Positions 59,891 through 64,000 of a stretch of 64,000 bases of DNA are shown here, piece by piece; the first letter of the stretch is position 1; every line of letters begins with the position of its first letter. Origin of the DNA: Candidatus Helarchaeota archaeon (GTDB taxonomy: Archaea; Asgardarchaeota; Lokiarchaeia; Helarchaeales; RDOG01); contig JAHPZH010000006.1 in assembly GCA_019058315.1 (NCBI GenBank), positions 224,001 to 288,000 on the forward strand, given 5' to 3'. A program made the translations under genes and the position numbers. A model generated the notes under the pieces. It ran no database searches. It was not told the DNA's origin and saw only the letters and a list, made by a program, of their open reading frames with translations.

Positions 59891-61165
59891 ATGAAAGAAC
59901 TGGAAAAAGTATTTTCAGAAATCTCAATTAATTGGGTTGACGATAATCGAAATAATATAATGAATTCAGAAGTTTATACTAATTTTCTGGGAATTTTTCC
60001 TAGATTAAAAGAAATTTTCCAAAAAAGTTTAAGATTGGATGGACCTGAGTTTGAAAGAACATTAAGACACACATTTCGTCTTTTAATAATTTATTATCAA
60101 CTGAAAAATCGTAAATTCAAATATAAATATCTAAATTCAAATACAATAAAAGAAATTAGAACACGAATTGAGAAATTAGACAGTATCAATTCGCTATATT
60201 TACCATTAATTTTAATTTATCATGATATAGGTAGACCATTTAATAGAAAGCTTCATACTTATGAGAGTGCTAAAATCGTAAAAGAATCGAATTTATTAGA
60301 TGCATATGATCTTACAAAAAAAGAAATATTGCTAATAACTAAAGTTATTGAATATCATTTATTGATTGGGACAATCTATACTGGTGAATCAACCTATTTT
60401 GCTTTAAATACCTTGCTTAATGATAAAGAATTCATTGAATTTTTAGGAGATAAGGAATTTATTAAAATATATTTGTTATTAAGTTCAACTTTTACAATTT
60501 TAGATCCCTTTGGCTACTTTTATGCCCAAATTTTAGATCACTATATTGAAAATTACTCCGAAATTCAACAGAATCTATTAGAAATAATAAATAATTGGCC
60601 CAATATAGATTTAATCAAGAAAAAACTCCAAAGTGTATGTTTTAGTAGATTAGATTGGAGATTAGCTTGTTCTTTGCGAATATTTCAATTAATTGATACA
60701 AAACCTCAATTAACATATGATTTTTTTATTGAAAAAATTAAGGAATCAGTTGAAGTTTTTACTAACAATAAGATGGATCAAAAAAATTGGTTGAACTTCA
60801 AAAAGAGTTCTCTGTCTGTAAATTATCTTATTCAATTAAAATATGCACTCCCAATTCTTATGGTACTTGCTTCTGGTGAGTTTAAACGGATTTTTAAGCC
60901 TAAAACTGTTAATACTCATCTAATTTATTTCTGGACATGCCTTAACCAGAAAATAGAAAAAGAAAATGAAATATCGATTTATCCAAATGAAAATTGGAAT
61001 GTAATTCTTGAAGGAATTCCACATTGGTCTAAATTAAAAGATTCATATTCCCAATTCTTAGACAAAAATCGAATAAAAACTGTAATAGAAAATGGTAAAG
61101 TCGAATTCGACAATATTAGGAAGGAAAATTGGCTTTTTCTTATTTTTAATAATGAAATTAAATGA
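59891..61165 (+). CDS. HD-domain-like protein
   Basis: RH...YHDIGR...H...YH. Confidence 0.6.
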   Translation: MKELEKVFSEISINWVDDNRNNIMNSEVYTNFLGIFPRLKEIFQKSLRLDGPEFERTLRHTFRLLIIYYQLKNRKFKYKYLNSNTIKEIRTRIEKLDSINSLYLPLILIYHDIGRPFNRKLHTYESAKIVKESNLLDAYDLTKKEILLITKVIEYHLLIGTIYTGESTYFALNTLLNDKEFIEFLGDKEFIKIYLLLSSTFTILDPFGYFYAQILDHYIENYSEIQQNLLEIINNWPNIDLIKKKLQSVCFSRLDWRLACSLRIFQLIDTKPQLTYDFFIEKIKESVEVFTNNKMDQKNWLNFKKSSLSVNYLIQLKYALPILMVLASGEFKRIFKPKTVNTHLIYFWTCLNQKIEKENEISIYPNENWNVILEGIPHWSKLKDSYSQFLDKNRIKTVIENGKVEFDNIRKENWLFLIFNNEIK

Positions 61166-61200
61166 AATATTCCAAATCAAAATTCTAGAGATGTTAAAAA

Positions 61201-61647
61201 ATGGGTAAAAAATATGAAAAAAATATTGTTAAAGGAGTTAAAACGGTAAAATCGTTGCCATATCATAAACCTGATGTTTTCTTTTATCCAACATTAATGA
61301 GTTCTAGGAGAGTTCAAGATGCTAAACTATGGGCATATTATTTTTTTCTGCATACAACTGATGATTTGGCAAAAAACCCAACTATATCATGGGCTGATCG
61401 TCATCGTCATCCTGAAGGATCCAATGAAATGTATCTAATCATCGGTGATCCTGGAGCCATCACAGTTGAAGTAACTTTGGGTGACGATAAAGAGATGGAA
61501 GTATATGAAGTCACAAGCCCTGGTGCAGCTTATATTCCTGCTGGAGTAACACACAGTATAAAACCTATTAGAGTTACACCTAATAAATGTGGTGGAATTT
61601 TAGCAATTGTTTCTAATGGAGAATATAAATGTCTCCCTCCAAAATAA
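61201..61647 (+). CDS. Cupin-fold protein
   Basis: HRHPEGSNEMY, YIPAGVTH. Confidence 0.75.
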   Translation: MGKKYEKNIVKGVKTVKSLPYHKPDVFFYPTLMSSRRVQDAKLWAYYFFLHTTDDLAKNPTISWADRHRHPEGSNEMYLIIGDPGAITVEVTLGDDKEMEVYEVTSPGAAYIPAGVTHSIKPIRVTPNKCGGILAIVSNGEYKCLPPK

Positions 61648-61662
61648 AAGTTAAGTGAATAT

Positions 61663-62814
61663 ATGAAGATCGGTTTAGTCGTTCATGGTCCAGAGGTAGT
61701 GGATTCTGGTGGGTGTAAACATATTTTAAATTTGTTTCAAAACCATTCGATAATCGCTAAGCTTGGAGGTATTATGGGGAAAACAGCTATTATAGATGCA
61801 GAATTGGAAGAGATTATAGATATAAAAGAAAGCAAGAGACCGAGTGAACAAATTGACGAGCTATTTACAAAAAATTTTGATTTATTAATAATTTTAAATC
61901 ATGGTAAAACTTTAGAAACAGGAATTGCCTTTGGTGGGGTATTAATTTCAAATTCAAAAAGATTCAGTGAAATTATTCCTGTAATTCAAATTGAACGACC
62001 AATGGAAGAAGATGGAGCTATCTTTGCTTGGAATGAATCAGGCAAAAGAATTCTCAATGAAATTGAAAAAATCATCAAAATTCCAATACTTTCAAAACCA
62101 GTTACAATCCCAAGTAGATTTAAAACAGAATCTGGCAAAAATTTCCGAATGTTAGTTGGTGTAAAACCAAATGAGAAAATATTTTTAAATAATGTTATAA
62201 TTGGATATTCAAAATCTGAAAAGATCACAATTATAGAAAAAAATGGTAAAATTATTGACTTATTAGGGGGAGAAATCAATCCACACGGTCTGGAAAAACT
62301 TAAAAAAAGAATCAATCTAAAAACTGCGATGATTAAAACTGCTAAAGTTTTACGAAAAATAACTCCAGAAATGCAAAGGATAATTGACAAGACTTTGAAA
62401 ACAAATAAAATCGCCATCCTATTTAACGCAGAAAAAGTGTATGATATAATTTTAAAAAATGTAGACCTAATTATTTCTGTTGGAGATGACACAACCGCGA
62501 TAATTGCTGATTCTGCATCGAGATTTAATATACCAATTTTCGGAATTACCGATGGAGATATGGATTGTTTGTTAAATTCAATAGAAAAAGATTTTACAAT
62601 AAATGAGTTAGGAAAAATTCTCTCATTAGCACCAAATTCTACTTTAATTAGAGTAAAATCTGGATGGGATGATAAAACTGGTGAATTAATTCAGTCTTCA
62701 ATTTTCAAAGGGAAAGAAATTATAGAAATAAAAAATGATAAAATTCCAGTACTAAAAGAAAAAATTTTGAATTTAATATCAGAATATATTGTTTCAAAAT
62801 ATGAAAAACCTTAA
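61663..62814 (+). CDS. DUF2117 family protein
   Basis: MKIGLVVHGPEVVDSG, LGGIMGKTA, VGDDTT, GITDGD. Confidence 0.75.
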   Translation: MKIGLVVHGPEVVDSGGCKHILNLFQNHSIIAKLGGIMGKTAIIDAELEEIIDIKESKRPSEQIDELFTKNFDLLIILNHGKTLETGIAFGGVLISNSKRFSEIIPVIQIERPMEEDGAIFAWNESGKRILNEIEKIIKIPILSKPVTIPSRFKTESGKNFRMLVGVKPNEKIFLNNVIIGYSKSEKITIIEKNGKIIDLLGGEINPHGLEKLKKRINLKTAMIKTAKVLRKITPEMQRIIDKTLKTNKIAILFNAEKVYDIILKNVDLIISVGDDTTAIIADSASRFNIPIFGITDGDMDCLLNSIEKDFTINELGKILSLAPNSTLIRVKSGWDDKTGELIQSSIFKGKEIIEIKNDKIPVLKEKILNLISEYIVSKYEKP

Positions 62815-62875
62815 TATCCTCTTGTCGTTGGTTTCAAAGGCATTAGTCAAAATTTAATACCATTTGAATGAAATC

Positions 62876-63250
62876 TTAAGCAGAAACATTTGAAAAACAC
62901 ATTTCAAAATTAGATAATTGTGGAATTAATCCACGTTGTTCAAAACTAATCCTTTGATTTATAAATTCTCTATAAAATTCCTTGATTAATCGTCTAAATT
63001 GTGGTAATAATTCTATACCATCACCCTTATCACTAATAAATACGAAGAATAAATCGTGTCGGTGAAAATAATCAAATTTTAATGTGTTTGTACAAAAATT
63101 CGAAATTTTTTCACCAATCGAAACATCACAGAATTTATATAGAGCTGAAAGAAATCCTCCAATTAATTGGGCATCAGGGGTTATCTTTGATAATGATTTA
63201 TTATAAAGACAAATTCCTGATTTATGCATCACAAAAATTCCTTTGATCAT
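62876..63250 (-). CDS. Longin-like domain protein
   Basis: IFVMHKSGICLYNK...LIGGFLSALYKF. Confidence 0.72.
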   Translation of the reverse strand: MIKGIFVMHKSGICLYNKSLSKITPDAQLIGGFLSALYKFCDVSIGEKISNFCTNTLKFDYFHRHDLFFVFISDKGDGIELLPQFRRLIKEFYREFINQRISFEQRGLIPQLSNFEMCFSNVSA

Positions 63251-63545
63251 TTATTTTTCGCCTATTTACAAATTATTACACAATATCGTTTGGAGTTTAT
63301 TTTATAAAGTCCTCTAATTAGAAATGCGATAATGATTGCGCAATTGAGTTAGGATGGAATTCAACGTTTCTAGTGGATTAGAATAAATATTTAGTATTAT
63401 TATTTTCATTTTTTTTCTAATAGCAAAAAAAATATTGAAAATTGTCCGAAATTAATAACCCCACTAATATTAAATTTTAAAAATAAATCACCAAGATTAA
63501 ATGCGCATTTTAATTCACAAATAATTGAGAATCTTCGAATTATCT

Positions 63546-63842
63546 CTAACCTGTTCTTTTTATGATATGATAACCAAATTTTGTTTTTACTGGCTCCGAT
63601 ATTTCACCAACTTTCATTGAATAAACAGCTTGTTCAAATTCTTTGACCATTTCACCCCTCCTAAAAAAGCCCAAATCTCCACCTTTCTTCTTAGATGGAC
63701 ATTCAGAGAATTTCTGAGCCAATTTATTAAAGCTTACCCCAGATGCTAATTGCTTTTTTATATCTTGAGCCAAACTCAATTTTGGAACTAAAATATGGGA
63801 AGCTCTGACGTGTCCGGCTTTTCCTTTTTGTTTTTTTGGCAT
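63546..63842 (-). CDS. Parvulin-type peptidyl-prolyl isomerase
   Basis: RASHILV, FSECPSKKKGGDLG, MVKEFE, GYHII. Confidence 0.95.
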   Translation of the reverse strand: MPKKQKGKAGHVRASHILVPKLSLAQDIKKQLASGVSFNKLAQKFSECPSKKKGGDLGFFRRGEMVKEFEQAVYSMKVGEISEPVKTKFGYHIIKRTG

Positions 63843-64000
63843 ATTTTATCAACTCTTTTATATTGGTTTATTATTATTTTTAGCATCAAAATAGTTATTA
63901 TTACATAAATACTAATGAAGGAGACTATTAAAGAAGATATTAACTTTTAAATAGATTTTAATAAATATTATTTTAATCTAAAAAAAAAAATTAAGGAGGA

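Noticed and set aside
1239-62492. Many short antisense ORFs in the track (e.g. 1896-2159, 3907-4356, 9714-10058, 43188-43550, 51090-51443, 61986-62492)
   Set aside because: They overlap well-supported genes on the opposite strand and have no motifs; treated as shadow ORFs.

Overview
AT-rich archaeal DNA, most consistent with an Asgard archaeon (Lokiarchaeia/Helarchaeales-like). This is inferred from the gene content: archaeal housekeeping genes (class I lysS, archaeal proS, rps26e, rnhB, archaeal pgsA) alongside many eukaryotic-signature proteins. Those include an E1/E2/RING/JAMM/VWA ubiquitin-type cluster, several longin/roadblock/DENN-like proteins and a longin-small GTPase fusion. The top finding is in leuC (8462-9748), which is interrupted inside its invariant GGDSHT motif by a 27-nt in-frame insertion (8831-8857) carrying three stop codons. 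The insertion folds with both flanking exons into a bulge-helix-bulge motif whose canonical cut sites restore D-S-H exactly. This points to a candidate tRNA-endonuclease-spliced mRNA intron, and it lies head-to-head with a free-standing double-motif LAGLIDADG gene. Other observations: two genes that appear to start at ATT after GGAGGA; two small ORFs missing from the ORF track; TGAA-N6-TTCA palindromes in the nitrogen/Lrp locus; a triple-RWD-RING protein with FANCL-like architecture; a decayed copy of the GTPase C-terminal domain; and an rps26e leader hairpin. No rRNA, tRNA or CRISPR array was seen. All product calls come from motif recognition by eye; no database searches were run.
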